64,000 nt of DNA, from contig CAZBHH010000003.1 of assembly GCA_964492065.1 (NCBI GenBank), forward strand, positions 132,350 through 196,349, in the 5' to 3' direction. Both the position numbers and the translations under genes were made by a program. Positions within the stretch are counted from its first letter, which is position 1, and the number at the start of each line of letters is the position of its first letter. Shown here piece by piece: positions 8,012-17,577 of the stretch. A model generated the notes under the pieces. The model made no database searches and was not told the origin of the DNA. It saw nothing but the letters and a program-made list of their open reading frames with translations. The DNA comes from an uncultured Chitinophagales bacterium (lineage in GTDB: Bacteria; Bacteroidota; Bacteroidia; Chitinophagales; BACL12).

Positions 8012-10483
8012 ATGCATATGAAACCGGTAGGAAGAATTCACCTGTTATGGGCATTGGCGCTGTTGATGACCCAAACATTTGCACAGCAGGCGCAACAATG
8101 CCCCGTTACCCCGGCGCTACAGAAGGAACTCAACGCATTGCGTGATTCCGGCGACCTGTTGCCGGTGTTAATCGGGGGCGACGTCAATGTCGTTGTTCCA
8201 TTTCTGAAATCGAAAAACATGCGCATAAAATTCACCGCAGGTTCCGTCATATCCGCAGAACTCAACGCAGCCGTTATCGAGGAACTGTGTTCTTTACCCG
8301 TTGTTTCCCGCATCGACTGCCCGAAGGCCAAACTGCACCTGTTAAATGACGTGATGGTTATTCAAAATAATGCAGACTCGGCGTATTACGGGAACTGGCC
8401 TTTGGAACAAGGTTACGACGGCAGCGGCGTCATTATCGGCGTCATTGATGCGCCTTTCGATTACGACCATCCCGACTTTACAGATTCCCTGGGCAATACC
8501 CGGATACAATTTCTATGGGATCAGACTTTAACGGATTCTCTCCCTGCCCCTGACGATTACGGATACGGCGTGGAATGCGACAGCGCTTCCATTGCGGATG
8601 GCACCTGCCCCCATACCGATTACAATTACTGGTACAGCCACGGCAGTGGCGTTGCCGGCGTGGCGGCATCCAGTGGAAATGCCGCCAATGCATTCCGCGG
8701 TGTGGCGCCCAATGCCGATCTGATTTTGGTAGCGCTCGATTTCAGCGAGGACTACTTATCCAATGTGGTGGATGCCGTTGCCTACATTTTTCAGAAAGCA
8801 GAACAACTCGGAAAGCCCTGTGTCATCAATACCAGTCTCGGCGCTTACGACGGTTCTCACGATGGTCAGGACCTGGTCACGCAGGCAATTGATACCATGA
8901 TTGGAGCGGCGCCGGGACGGGCATTGGTGGCAGCTGCCGGCAATGGTGGCGATGCAAAGATTCACCTCGGTTACGATGTCTCTGACACTACCCGATTTAC
9001 CTGGTTTAAGAAACTGAGCTACACCAATGCCGTGTATTTTCAGGTATTTGCCGATACGGCGGATTTTAATGATGTATTTTTTTCTATCGGCGCCGATGAC
9101 CCCGCCGGCTGGCACTTCCGCGGTGCTACGCCTGAATACAATGTGCTATCCGATTATGTTCTCCCCGACGGCGCTATCGATTCCACCAGTTACGACCTGT
9201 ACGACAGCCTGACTTTTATCGGTAATATCAAGACCTATATTCAATCGTACGGCGGTGTCTATTTCCTGGAAGTCGTCATTACACCTGCTTTTACCACCTA
9301 CTATTGGCGATTCTCCACCCGCGGCGCCGGCCGGTTCGATACCTGGTCAACGGAGGGATATACCGGATTTTCAGACTATGTGGTGACGGGTTTACCCTCC
9401 GAAGCGGATATGCCCGAAATAGCGCAGTATCGACAGCCCGACCTCACACAAAATATCGTGGGTTACTGGCAGTGCAGCGACCGGGTAATAACTGTCGGCA
9501 GTTATGTCAACCGGGATACCATGACTAATTATTACGGTGAAACCATTACACTACCCTATACAACGGGAACATTAGCCCAAAACTCCAGCATCGGGCCAAC
9601 CCGTGACAACCGGACCAAACCGGATATCACATCCACCGGATCTATGGTATTGACAACGGGTTCCACCGTGCTTACCAACTGGCTGATCAGCCTCGGCGCT
9701 GCCAATAATATTTCGCCGGATGGCATGCATTATTTACAAAACGGCACCTCGTTTGCATCCCCGGCCGTTGCGGGGATTGCGGCGCTGTACTTCCAAAAAT
9801 ATCCCGACGCCAACTGGCTGGACCTTAAAAATGCGCTGCTCGAAAACGCAAGGCAGGATTCAATTACGGGATTTGCATTACCCGATAATGCATGGGGCTA
9901 TGGCAAAGCCAACGCCTTCCGCACACTCACCGGCAGTTGGGGTTGTGAAGACGATAATTATTCGGTTGCTCCTGTCAATGCCGTTGCCGATATAACCGGC
10001 GCCACCGAAGTACTCCTAAAATGGGACTGCATCCCCAACGCCTTCGGATACCAACTGAAAATGAAGGACCTCTCGACGAATAGTATCCGGAAAAGACAAG
10101 TGGACACCAATGCGGTCACCTTGCATACGCTGCAACCCGGAACCACTTATAAATACAGCGTGCGTGCCTATTGTGCATCGTATGGATTTTCCGAATGGTC
10201 GGCGCCGGTATTTTTTACCATGCCCGTATTGAGAAACAGCTCTGCGGAAATTCAACTGTTTCCTAATCCGGCACATTCGATTTGCACTATCGGCAACCTG
10301 CCGCCGGGCGAACTCCGGTTATTCTTATGGGATGCACTGGGGAATTGTATTTTCAGTACCGCCGAAACTATTGACAATCCAAACTTTGAATTCCCGGTAC
10401 GGGATATTCCTGCGGGATTTTATATACTTGTAATTCAAATCGACAACAGGCAATTTCAAAAACCGGTCGTAATCAACCATTAA
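8012..10483 (+). CDS. S8 family subtilisin-like serine peptidase with an FN3-like domain and a T9SS C-terminal sorting domain
   Basis: Catalytic triad contexts are GVIDAPFDYDHPDF (Asp), SHGSGVAGVAAS (His) and GTSFASPAVAGIAAL (Ser). The FN3-like stretch is LKWDCIPNAFGYQLKMKDL...TYKYSVRAYC. The C-terminus is IQLFPNPA...GFYILVIQ. Confidence 0.85.
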   Translation: MHMKPVGRIHLLWALALLMTQTFAQQAQQCPVTPALQKELNALRDSGDLLPVLIGGDVNVVVPFLKSKNMRIKFTAGSVISAELNAAVIEELCSLPVVSRIDCPKAKLHLLNDVMVIQNNADSAYYGNWPLEQGYDGSGVIIGVIDAPFDYDHPDFTDSLGNTRIQFLWDQTLTDSLPAPDDYGYGVECDSASIADGTCPHTDYNYWYSHGSGVAGVAASSGNAANAFRGVAPNADLILVALDFSEDYLSNVVDAVAYIFQKAEQLGKPCVINTSLGAYDGSHDGQDLVTQAIDTMIGAAPGRALVAAAGNGGDAKIHLGYDVSDTTRFTWFKKLSYTNAVYFQVFADTADFNDVFFSIGADDPAGWHFRGATPEYNVLSDYVLPDGAIDSTSYDLYDSLTFIGNIKTYIQSYGGVYFLEVVITPAFTTYYWRFSTRGAGRFDTWSTEGYTGFSDYVVTGLPSEADMPEIAQYRQPDLTQNIVGYWQCSDRVITVGSYVNRDTMTNYYGETITLPYTTGTLAQNSSIGPTRDNRTKPDITSTGSMVLTTGSTVLTNWLISLGAANNISPDGMHYLQNGTSFASPAVAGIAALYFQKYPDANWLDLKNALLENARQDSITGFALPDNAWGYGKANAFRTLTGSWGCEDDNYSVAPVNAVADITGATEVLLKWDCIPNAFGYQLKMKDLSTNSIRKRQVDTNAVTLHTLQPGTTYKYSVRAYCASYGFSEWSAPVFFTMPVLRNSSAEIQLFPNPAHSICTIGNLPPGELRLFLWDALGNCIFSTAETIDNPNFEFPVRDIPAGFYILVIQIDNRQFQKPVVINH

Positions 10484-10485
10484 AT

Positions 10486-11001
10486 ATGCAAGACAGTTAT
10501 ACACTGATATTTTCGAAGGAACAAATGCAACAAAAAATTAAGCGCATCGCTTACCAGATTGCAGAGGATAATTACGATGAGGACGCCATTATCATTGCCG
10601 GAATAGGGCGCAACTCCGAAGGATATGCCCTTGCATGTAAAATTTACGATGCATTGGTACAGATAATTCCCGGCAAGGTATCGCTGAGCCATATCGACCT
10701 GAACAAAGGCAACCCTTCGGAAAGCCCGGCGAAAATTGCATTGGGCAAGGAAGAAGCGATGAATAAGGTAATCGTGTTGGTCGATGATGTATCCAATTCG
10801 GGAAGGACCTTAATGTATGCGATAAAGCCTTTTCTCGAATTGGCGCCGCATAAAATTCAGATTGCGGTATTGGTGGAGAGAACACATAAGAAATTTCCCA
10901 TTCAACCCGACTTTGTCGGCTTGTCATTGAGTACTACCCTCCAGGAACACATTACGGTGATCATCAGCCGCGAGGGAGAGGAAGGCATTTACCTGAGTTA
11001 A
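10486..11001 (+). CDS. Phosphoribosyltransferase family protein (PyrR-like)
   Basis: PRPP-binding loop VIVLVDDVSNSGRTL; 171 aa. Confidence 0.7.
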   Translation: MQDSYTLIFSKEQMQQKIKRIAYQIAEDNYDEDAIIIAGIGRNSEGYALACKIYDALVQIIPGKVSLSHIDLNKGNPSESPAKIALGKEEAMNKVIVLVDDVSNSGRTLMYAIKPFLELAPHKIQIAVLVERTHKKFPIQPDFVGLSLSTTLQEHITVIISREGEEGIYLS

Positions 11002-11333
11002 TTGTATTTCGCCGGTTGATCAATTTTTCAATGTTCCGGCCACCATCCCAGATTACAATTCACGCTCTGCCAACATTCAGCTTTCAAAAAAATGATACGG
11101 ATGTAATACATCACATTAAAATATTCCCGGCAATAAAATTTCAGAATGGGAATTACAGGCAAGAGAAAATCAAAATCCACAATTTCAACACCGGTATTTT
11201 ACGGTTGCATTGCTACCCGGTGGAATACTGCTGCATACGGAGAAGATAATGGCATCGCAAAATTTATATGGCGGAATATACTTGAAATAAATCTCTATAA
11301 ACACCTTCTGCGAGGGTACGGCCTTTACCGGAG

Positions 11334-11849
11334 TCAATGCAGTTGCCAGTGGCGCACCAGTTCGAGCATTTGTTTTTCTTTATCTGCATGCGACGTATCG
11401 ATGACTGCATGTGCCCGATTATAAAATGGTTCACGCTCTGTGATTTTATCGTGAATATACTGCCAAAGTTCGTCGTCGGTAAAATGCTTTAGCAGAGGTC
11501 TTTTCTCTTTTTTATTTTTTAAGCGGCCGAACAATATCCCGGTGGGCGCCGTCAGGTAGATGCACTTGCCGTTTTCCAATATCCATTGCATATTATCGCC
11601 AAAGCAGGGCGTTCCTCCGCCACAGGAAATCACTGTATTTTCGAGAGCCTGCGTGGAAACGAGCATTTGAGATTCCAGCGCTCTGAAATAAGTTTCGCCG
11701 TACGCATCAAATATTTCGGGAATTGATTTTCCCGTATGTCGCATAATCAGTTCATCGAGATCTGTAAACTCCATGCCTGCTTTTGCGGCTAACAGTTTGC
11801 CGTTTTTTGTTTTACCGCTACCCATAAAGCCAACCAGGTAAATGCGCAT
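11334..11849 (-). CDS. aroK: Shikimate kinase
   Basis: MRIYLVGFMGSGKTKNGKLLA P-loop, DLDELI, ISCGGGTP; 171 aa. Confidence 0.85.
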   Translation of the reverse strand: MRIYLVGFMGSGKTKNGKLLAAKAGMEFTDLDELIMRHTGKSIPEIFDAYGETYFRALESQMLVSTQALENTVISCGGGTPCFGDNMQWILENGKCIYLTAPTGILFGRLKNKKEKRPLLKHFTDDELWQYIHDKITEREPFYNRAHAVIDTSHADKEKQMLELVRHWQLH

Positions 11850-11855
11850 GCCGTG

Positions 11856-12947
11856 TTAATTTGATGATTGTAGTTTCACTCTCGGATCCACCAGGCTATA
11901 CAGGATATCCGTCAGCAGGTTTATCACCACAAAAATAGTAGCCGTAAATAAAACGGCGCCCATTGCCACGGGGATATCCTTTGTTTTAATGGCGTTAATT
12001 GTCTCCAATCCCAGGCCGTTATAATTAAACACCACTTCGATAAAAAAGGCACCCGTCAAAAGCGAGGCAAACCAACCGGTAACAGAAGTAACCACCGGGA
12101 TAAGCGCATTGCGCAATCCGTGTTTAAAAATCACTATGCGTTGCGAAACGCCCTTTGCATAGGCAGTGCGCATGTAATCGGCATGTAATACATCCAGCAT
12201 GCTGCTGCGGGTAATCTGGGTAATGACGGCAATCGGCCTGACGCCCAGGGCCACAGCAGGCAGAATTAAGTTGCGCAGCGACAGGTACTCCCGCCCCGTA
12301 TAGGGATCGGCGACAAATAAATTACCCGTCATTTTAAAGCCTGTAATGCCGGCGAGCAAATAGGCAAATACCAGTTGCAGAATAATAGCCGCAAAAAAGG
12401 ACGGCAGCGCAATGCCCAATACCGAGCCGGCGGTACACAGGTTATCGGTGACGGAATGCGGCCGAATCGAGGCGATTACACCGAGAAAGATACCCGTAAC
12501 TGTTGCGAACAGGATGGAGGCGATAGCCAGGATGATGGTGCTGGGAATGCGCTCCCAAAGCAGGGCAGCTACGCTTCTGTTGGTTTGAAAGGAACGGCCG
12601 AGGTAGGGCTGTTTAACTATAAATATATAATTACCGGCAGTAAACAACTCTAAGTACTGATACTTCGACGCATTAAAATAAAAAGCGCTCTCAGGATCGC
12701 TCCGGTTATGTGCCGAAAGCGGTAAGAGATTATTTAAATACACGCCAAATTGAACCAGTACCGGCCTGTCGAGCCCCAGTTCCCGGGATATATTGCGGAT
12801 AGTTTCTTCGCTGGCAGATTCTCCCGCAACCGCATAGGCGGGATTGAAACGCACCAACTGAAAAATAAAAAACACGAGGACGACGACTCCGAATAGAACC
12901 AATAATCCGCTCGCAAGGCGCTGCCCTATGTAGTGTAGCAGGTTCAA
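11856..12947 (-). CDS. ABC transporter permease (DppB/OppB-type binding-protein-dependent transport subunit)
   Basis: The N-terminal YIGQRLASGLLVLFGVVVLVFFIF and EAA-like loop ADYMRTAYAKGVSQRIVIFKHGLRNALIPV are typical of the family. No partner ATPase or binding protein lies adjacent. Confidence 0.75.
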   Translation of the reverse strand: MNLLHYIGQRLASGLLVLFGVVVLVFFIFQLVRFNPAYAVAGESASEETIRNISRELGLDRPVLVQFGVYLNNLLPLSAHNRSDPESAFYFNASKYQYLELFTAGNYIFIVKQPYLGRSFQTNRSVAALLWERIPSTIILAIASILFATVTGIFLGVIASIRPHSVTDNLCTAGSVLGIALPSFFAAIILQLVFAYLLAGITGFKMTGNLFVADPYTGREYLSLRNLILPAVALGVRPIAVITQITRSSMLDVLHADYMRTAYAKGVSQRIVIFKHGLRNALIPVVTSVTGWFASLLTGAFFIEVVFNYNGLGLETINAIKTKDIPVAMGAVLFTATIFVVINLLTDILYSLVDPRVKLQSSN

Positions 12948-12948
12948 T

Positions 12949-14616
12949 TTACCGAGGTATCCTGAAGTTGCCCGGTTCGGGTAAATTAGTTTCCGAATAT
13001 TTTGCCACTGTTTCGCCGTAATGCAGTATCACTAATCCGGTATTTTCCGGCACCACCTTTAACAGCACTTCACCATCGCAGTTCAGGTAGTCGTAATCCA
13101 GTTTTGTCACTTCTTTCATCTGTTGCAAAAGGGCGCCGTCGCTTTGACTCACCACGACAAACTTTTCGCCATTGGCCGCTAATTCCTGCATGAGCGGCAA
13201 GATCTTCTCATATACATCTTCCGTGAGTTTCGTGAGGTCATTCACTATAAACATATACACCGGTACAGTATCGCTGATGAGTTGCAGCGTAACATCATTC
13301 CCCGCCGAGTCCATCAAAAAGAACTCGTTATAAGGTTCTATGCTGCCATCAATTTTATCGAGCACCGATTCGCCATCTGCAAATAATTCGCTGGTTTCTT
13401 CGGTAGAAAATGTTACCGGCCCCGGTGTGCGGTCTTTGAAATACTGCGCCTTAATTGCGCTGTAAGACGGCAAATCACGCCATGCCCATTTGTCTATTAC
13501 CGTTCCGTTTTTCAAAAGCACAATGCCCGGGTTCACCCGCATAATCGTCAGTATCACTTTGTAGTCGCCCTTGTAAAATGGAAATGCCGTTTGATTTTCA
13601 TGGCGGAATTTATCAATGGCATCTGCCGAGGCCGAAACAAATCCAAACGTAAAAATCCCATCGGCTTCGGCTTCCTTTTGCAGTGTATTCACTGATTGCC
13701 AGGCCTCGGTATGGGTTTTAGATAAATCGGAACTGACTATCATAAACATGTAATCATCCGCATTTAAAATTTTACCGGTTACATCATTTTCTTCGAGATC
13801 AATAACGGCAAAATCTACAATCTTCGGTACAAACCCCTTTTCGATTACCTTATCGGTTCTCTCCACAAAACGCCATTTTACCGTATCGGCATAGGGTGTC
13901 AATGCGCTGAAATCGTTATTGTCCGAACGTATTTTGACCGATTCGGTCTTACCGGTTTCCCTGGATTGATACACATAGGTCATCTGAACGATGCCCTTGG
14001 CTGCACCTTCCGGTATGAGCATGAGTTCGCGGATATTATTGCCCGCAGCATAGGGCCGAAAATCCTTGAACACATCGTGGCGGATTGCTGTCACTGCCAC
14101 CCAGGTGGTAAAGATAGTCGCCGCCAAAAACAGCGCAAATGCCGGCACTTTCGGAATAAGGGGGCGGATTTTGCGCCTGTTAAAAAAGATTATCAGGATG
14201 AAAAAAGTCAAGGCAATATCCTTATAAAACGACTGCCAGGGCGTGAGTGGAATAGCATCGCCAAAGCAACCGCAATCCGTCACCTTACCGGTAATGGCGG
14301 AGTACCCGGTCAGCCAGGTAAAAAATAAGATCATCAGCAATAACAGCCAAGCCACCAGCCTCGCCGACAATCCCAGCAACAGGGCGATGCCGAGCGCTAC
14401 CTCAACAATACAAATCACCGAAGCCTGAATAACGACGGTATTGAGAATAATATCGGATTTAAAAAATAAAAATGCATTTCCCGCATCGGCAAACAGTTCG
14501 TAATACTCTTCCAGTTTGATTGCAAAACCGACCGGATCATTTGCCTTTATCAATCCCGAAAAGATAAACAGGCATCCGACTAAAATTCTGCTTACCGGCA
14601 ATAATATTTTGTTCAT
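12949..14616 (-). CDS. DoxX/MauE-type membrane protein fused to periplasmic thioredoxin-fold-like domains (BT_3928-like family)
   Basis: N-terminal ILVGCLFIFSGLIKANDPVGFA plus 4-5 transmembrane helices and a DCGCFGD motif. The ~370-aa soluble C-terminal region contains two similar alpha/beta segments. Confidence 0.65.
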   Translation of the reverse strand: MNKILLPVSRILVGCLFIFSGLIKANDPVGFAIKLEEYYELFADAGNAFLFFKSDIILNTVVIQASVICIVEVALGIALLLGLSARLVAWLLLLMILFFTWLTGYSAITGKVTDCGCFGDAIPLTPWQSFYKDIALTFFILIIFFNRRKIRPLIPKVPAFALFLAATIFTTWVAVTAIRHDVFKDFRPYAAGNNIRELMLIPEGAAKGIVQMTYVYQSRETGKTESVKIRSDNNDFSALTPYADTVKWRFVERTDKVIEKGFVPKIVDFAVIDLEENDVTGKILNADDYMFMIVSSDLSKTHTEAWQSVNTLQKEAEADGIFTFGFVSASADAIDKFRHENQTAFPFYKGDYKVILTIMRVNPGIVLLKNGTVIDKWAWRDLPSYSAIKAQYFKDRTPGPVTFSTEETSELFADGESVLDKIDGSIEPYNEFFLMDSAGNDVTLQLISDTVPVYMFIVNDLTKLTEDVYEKILPLMQELAANGEKFVVVSQSDGALLQQMKEVTKLDYDYLNCDGEVLLKVVPENTGLVILHYGETVAKYSETNLPEPGNFRIPR

Positions 14617-14753
14617 TTCAACAAGCCTTTTACATGTTAAGACAGGCGAACTTACATATTTTTTATGCGCTTATCACAACGCATTTGTCAACGCAGTACC
14701 CGTATTGCATTATTATTACAGTTGAAGCGATATTTCTTATTTTCACCGAAAAT

Positions 14754-15626
14754 ATGCACGCCAAAACTACATATTTCCCGCGGCTTACCGCGATGCGCTC
14801 GGGTTCAAGGCTGTTGAATATATCCACTCCCCGCATTATGGGCATTTTGAATATTACACCCGATTCTTTTTACGGTGGCGCATCCTACTCAAATGGAGAC
14901 GATTTGTTACAAGCGGCGGAAAAATCGATTACCGCCGGTGCAGACATAATAGATATCGGCGGGATGAGTACGAGGCCCGGCGCAAAAATTATAGACGTAG
15001 AAACGGAATTACAGCGGGTAATTCCGGCAGTGGAAAAAATCCGGAAAGCATTTCCCCAAACCTGGATTTCGGTGGATACCGTTCACTCAAAAGTAGCGCT
15101 GGAGGCAGTGCGCCACGGAGCGGATATTATTAATGATATTTCCGCCGGAGCCATTGATAACGGTTTGTTGCAAACGGTGGCTGAGTTACAGGTGCCCTAT
15201 ATTCTGATGCACATGCAGGGGCTACCCGAAAACATGCAGGTAAATCCGCAGTATCGCAATGTTACCGAAGAGGTGTTTACCTTTTTTCTCGAAAAATTAC
15301 AGGCGCTGCAGGCAATGGATATCTGCGATGTCATTATCGACCCGGGGTTTGGATTCGGAAAAAGCGTCGGCGACAATTACGCACTGGCCTCCCATATCTT
15401 TCAATTTCAGATGCTGGGAAAACCGATAATGGCCGGCATCAGCCGCAAATCCATGATATGTAAATTGCTGAAGGTAAACCCCGACAGGGCGTTAAACGGC
15501 ACCACGGCATTAAATGCTTTGCTGCTGCTCAACGATGTCCATATACTGCGGGTACACGATGTGAAAGAGGCTATTGAAGTACTGCAAATCGTCTCGGCAT
15601 TCCGCAATGCAGGCGCCGGTTTATAA
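14754..15626 (+). CDS. folP: Dihydropteroate synthase
   Basis: IMGILNITPDSFYGG, DIGGMSTRPG, SVDT, DPGFGFGK. The start was set at the ATG at 14754 because the track ORF has an implausible low-complexity N-terminal extension. Confidence 0.9.
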   Translation: MHAKTTYFPRLTAMRSGSRLLNISTPRIMGILNITPDSFYGGASYSNGDDLLQAAEKSITAGADIIDIGGMSTRPGAKIIDVETELQRVIPAVEKIRKAFPQTWISVDTVHSKVALEAVRHGADIINDISAGAIDNGLLQTVAELQVPYILMHMQGLPENMQVNPQYRNVTEEVFTFFLEKLQALQAMDICDVIIDPGFGFGKSVGDNYALASHIFQFQMLGKPIMAGISRKSMICKLLKVNPDRALNGTTALNALLLLNDVHILRVHDVKEAIEVLQIVSAFRNAGAGL

Positions 15627-15642
15627 AGCGACACACCTTCGG

Positions 15643-16209
15643 TTATTCGGATTGCACAGCGCTTGTATCCGCTGCCTGCCCATTCGCCGATTGCAACTCC
15701 TTTAAAATTTCATCCGGGCTTTTTCCCAATGTTTTCAATACCATGTCAATCCCGTATTCCTGCGCCTGTCTTGGGTATTTCTCCAACAGTTCGCGGTAGG
15801 CAGTTTCCGCATTCTTATAATCGTGGAGCGTAACGTCGTAGATGCCGCCGATTGACAGTAAACTCTTGGGCGCCAAATCGTCATTGGGATATTTTTCGGC
15901 TACCTTTCTGAACATGGCAATGGCTTTCTCAAAATCGGGTTTTCTGGTCTCCAGTCTCGCCGCTTCAAACAAATACGCTGCTCCTAAAGAATCGTCCGGA
16001 TATTTTTCCGCAAAGGTCTCATAGGAATGTATCAGTTCGTCGATCATCGCTTTCTGCTCCGGGCTGAGCACATCCGCCGTGGCAAGCATACTATCCACCT
16101 GTTTCTGTTGTTCTGTTATGCGCTGCTTCTGTGTATCCTGGTCTTTACAGGCGATTAGCAGCGTTGTAAGCATTAGCGCTGCGATAACGTAATTACTAAA
16201 CTTTACCAT
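15643..16209 (-). CDS. Tetratricopeptide-repeat lipoprotein
   Basis: Lipobox LLIAC. Repeated A..Y.......Y..A..Y..L...YP TPR-like units. Confidence 0.6.
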   Translation of the reverse strand: MVKFSNYVIAALMLTTLLIACKDQDTQKQRITEQQKQVDSMLATADVLSPEQKAMIDELIHSYETFAEKYPDDSLGAAYLFEAARLETRKPDFEKAIAMFRKVAEKYPNDDLAPKSLLSIGGIYDVTLHDYKNAETAYRELLEKYPRQAQEYGIDMVLKTLGKSPDEILKELQSANGQAADTSAVQSE

Positions 16210-16253
16210 GAATGATTTACTTTAGGCGCCAAAATTACTTAACCATTGCCACA

Positions 16254-17528
16254 ATGAAAATTTTTACCGCTTGTATAATCGGACTGTTTGCCTGTGCCTG
16301 CGCACCGAAATATGAAAAGTATTTTATCAATGAGGACGAGGTTCAGAAAGTCGAAATTGCCAAAGCGCAGTCCGAATGTAACAACTCCGACAATTACGCT
16401 CCGGATCAATACACTGCCATACGCTATATCCGGGTGAATTTTCATATCATGCAAAATTCCGAAGGAGGCGATAACTTCAGCGAAGCGCAGGCGGAAAAAT
16501 ACATCCGTGAATTAATTGAAACCGCCAATTTCAAATTGGCCAATAATCAGCAAATGGCCTTACCCGTCGGCAATAATACACCGGTTTTACAAACACAATA
16601 TCGCTATGTATTGCAAGGCGATCCCGCTACGGGTGAAGATGGGATTTATGTACACCGCGACGATACGCTGTGTTATTTTATTAAGTATAAAACCTCGGGC
16701 CGGTATTCACAGGGCGATAAAGATGTATTTAAATATTCCGTCGGCGACGACAGCATTATCAACGTGTATCTCATCGAACACCATCCCGACAGCATACGCT
16801 TAAACCCGAATTACAATGTTACGGCGAGCGGTATTTCCTTTGGCCATAATGTAAAGATGTTTGGCGCCTTTTATAACAACTATACCACCTTTTATGCCGA
16901 CGACGGCACGGCATTCAACAAGGGGACGGGAATGTACGGCAGTTTGTTGAATCACGAAATCGGTCATTCACTGGGATTGAGCCATACCTGGCGGGCCAAC
17001 GACGGATGCGATGATACGCCATTAAATCCCGGCTGTTACGGGCCATACGATCCGCCCTGCAACGGAGTTACCACCAATAATGTCATGGATTATAACGCCT
17101 GTTCCTGTGCGCTTACTCCCTGTCAGTTAGGCAAAGTGCATTACAATTTCTGGAAGGAAAATTCGCTGCAGCGACAGGTGTTGATCGAAGACTGGTGCGA
17201 ATACCATTGGGATAAGAAAATAATTATTCACCGCGATGAAACTGTAGAGTTCAACCAGGGGCGTGACCTGTTAGGCGATATCGAAATTCAGGAGGGAGCC
17301 ACTCTCATCATCCGCTGCCAGGTATCTCTGCCGTCCGGAGCCAGGATCATCATTAAACCCACAGGCAAGTTGATACTGGACGGCGGTGTAATAACAAATC
17401 GCTGCGGCGATCAATGGGAAGGCATTGAAATGTGGCGCAGTAAAAAATTTGATACCGTGGGCGAAGTAATCTGGGGCAATGGCGGTTATATTCAAAATGC
17501 CCTCAATTTTATATGGTTGATGCAATAA
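16254..17528 (+). CDS. Zinc metalloprotease lipoprotein (zincin HExxHxxGxxH; M43/pappalysin-like)
   Basis: Lipoprotein signal MKIFTACIIGLFACAC. Catalytic motif HEIGHSLGLSH. Cys-rich region. C-terminal repeat-like EGATLIIRCQVSLPSGARIIIKPTGKLILDGG. Confidence 0.75.
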   Translation: MKIFTACIIGLFACACAPKYEKYFINEDEVQKVEIAKAQSECNNSDNYAPDQYTAIRYIRVNFHIMQNSEGGDNFSEAQAEKYIRELIETANFKLANNQQMALPVGNNTPVLQTQYRYVLQGDPATGEDGIYVHRDDTLCYFIKYKTSGRYSQGDKDVFKYSVGDDSIINVYLIEHHPDSIRLNPNYNVTASGISFGHNVKMFGAFYNNYTTFYADDGTAFNKGTGMYGSLLNHEIGHSLGLSHTWRANDGCDDTPLNPGCYGPYDPPCNGVTTNNVMDYNACSCALTPCQLGKVHYNFWKENSLQRQVLIEDWCEYHWDKKIIIHRDETVEFNQGRDLLGDIEIQEGATLIIRCQVSLPSGARIIIKPTGKLILDGGVITNRCGDQWEGIEMWRSKKFDTVGEVIWGNGGYIQNALNFIWLMQ

Positions 17529-17529
17529 A

Positions 17530-17556
17530 AAAGAGAGAGCGGCGCCCTCTCTCTTT
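17530..17556. terminator. Bidirectional intrinsic terminator between convergent genes
   Basis: aaagagagag / cggcgcc / ctctctcttt forms a perfect 10-bp stem. An A-run lies upstream and a T-rich sequence downstream. Confidence 0.7.
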
Positions 17557-17577
17557 CCAAAAATTTATTGCAGTCGT

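Noticed and set aside
11016-11249. A 77-aa ORF in the convergent gap after the PRTase gene
   Set aside because: It starts at a non-ATG codon, has low-complexity composition (FQKNDTDVIHHIKIFPAIKF...), and has no signal, motif or plausible promoter.
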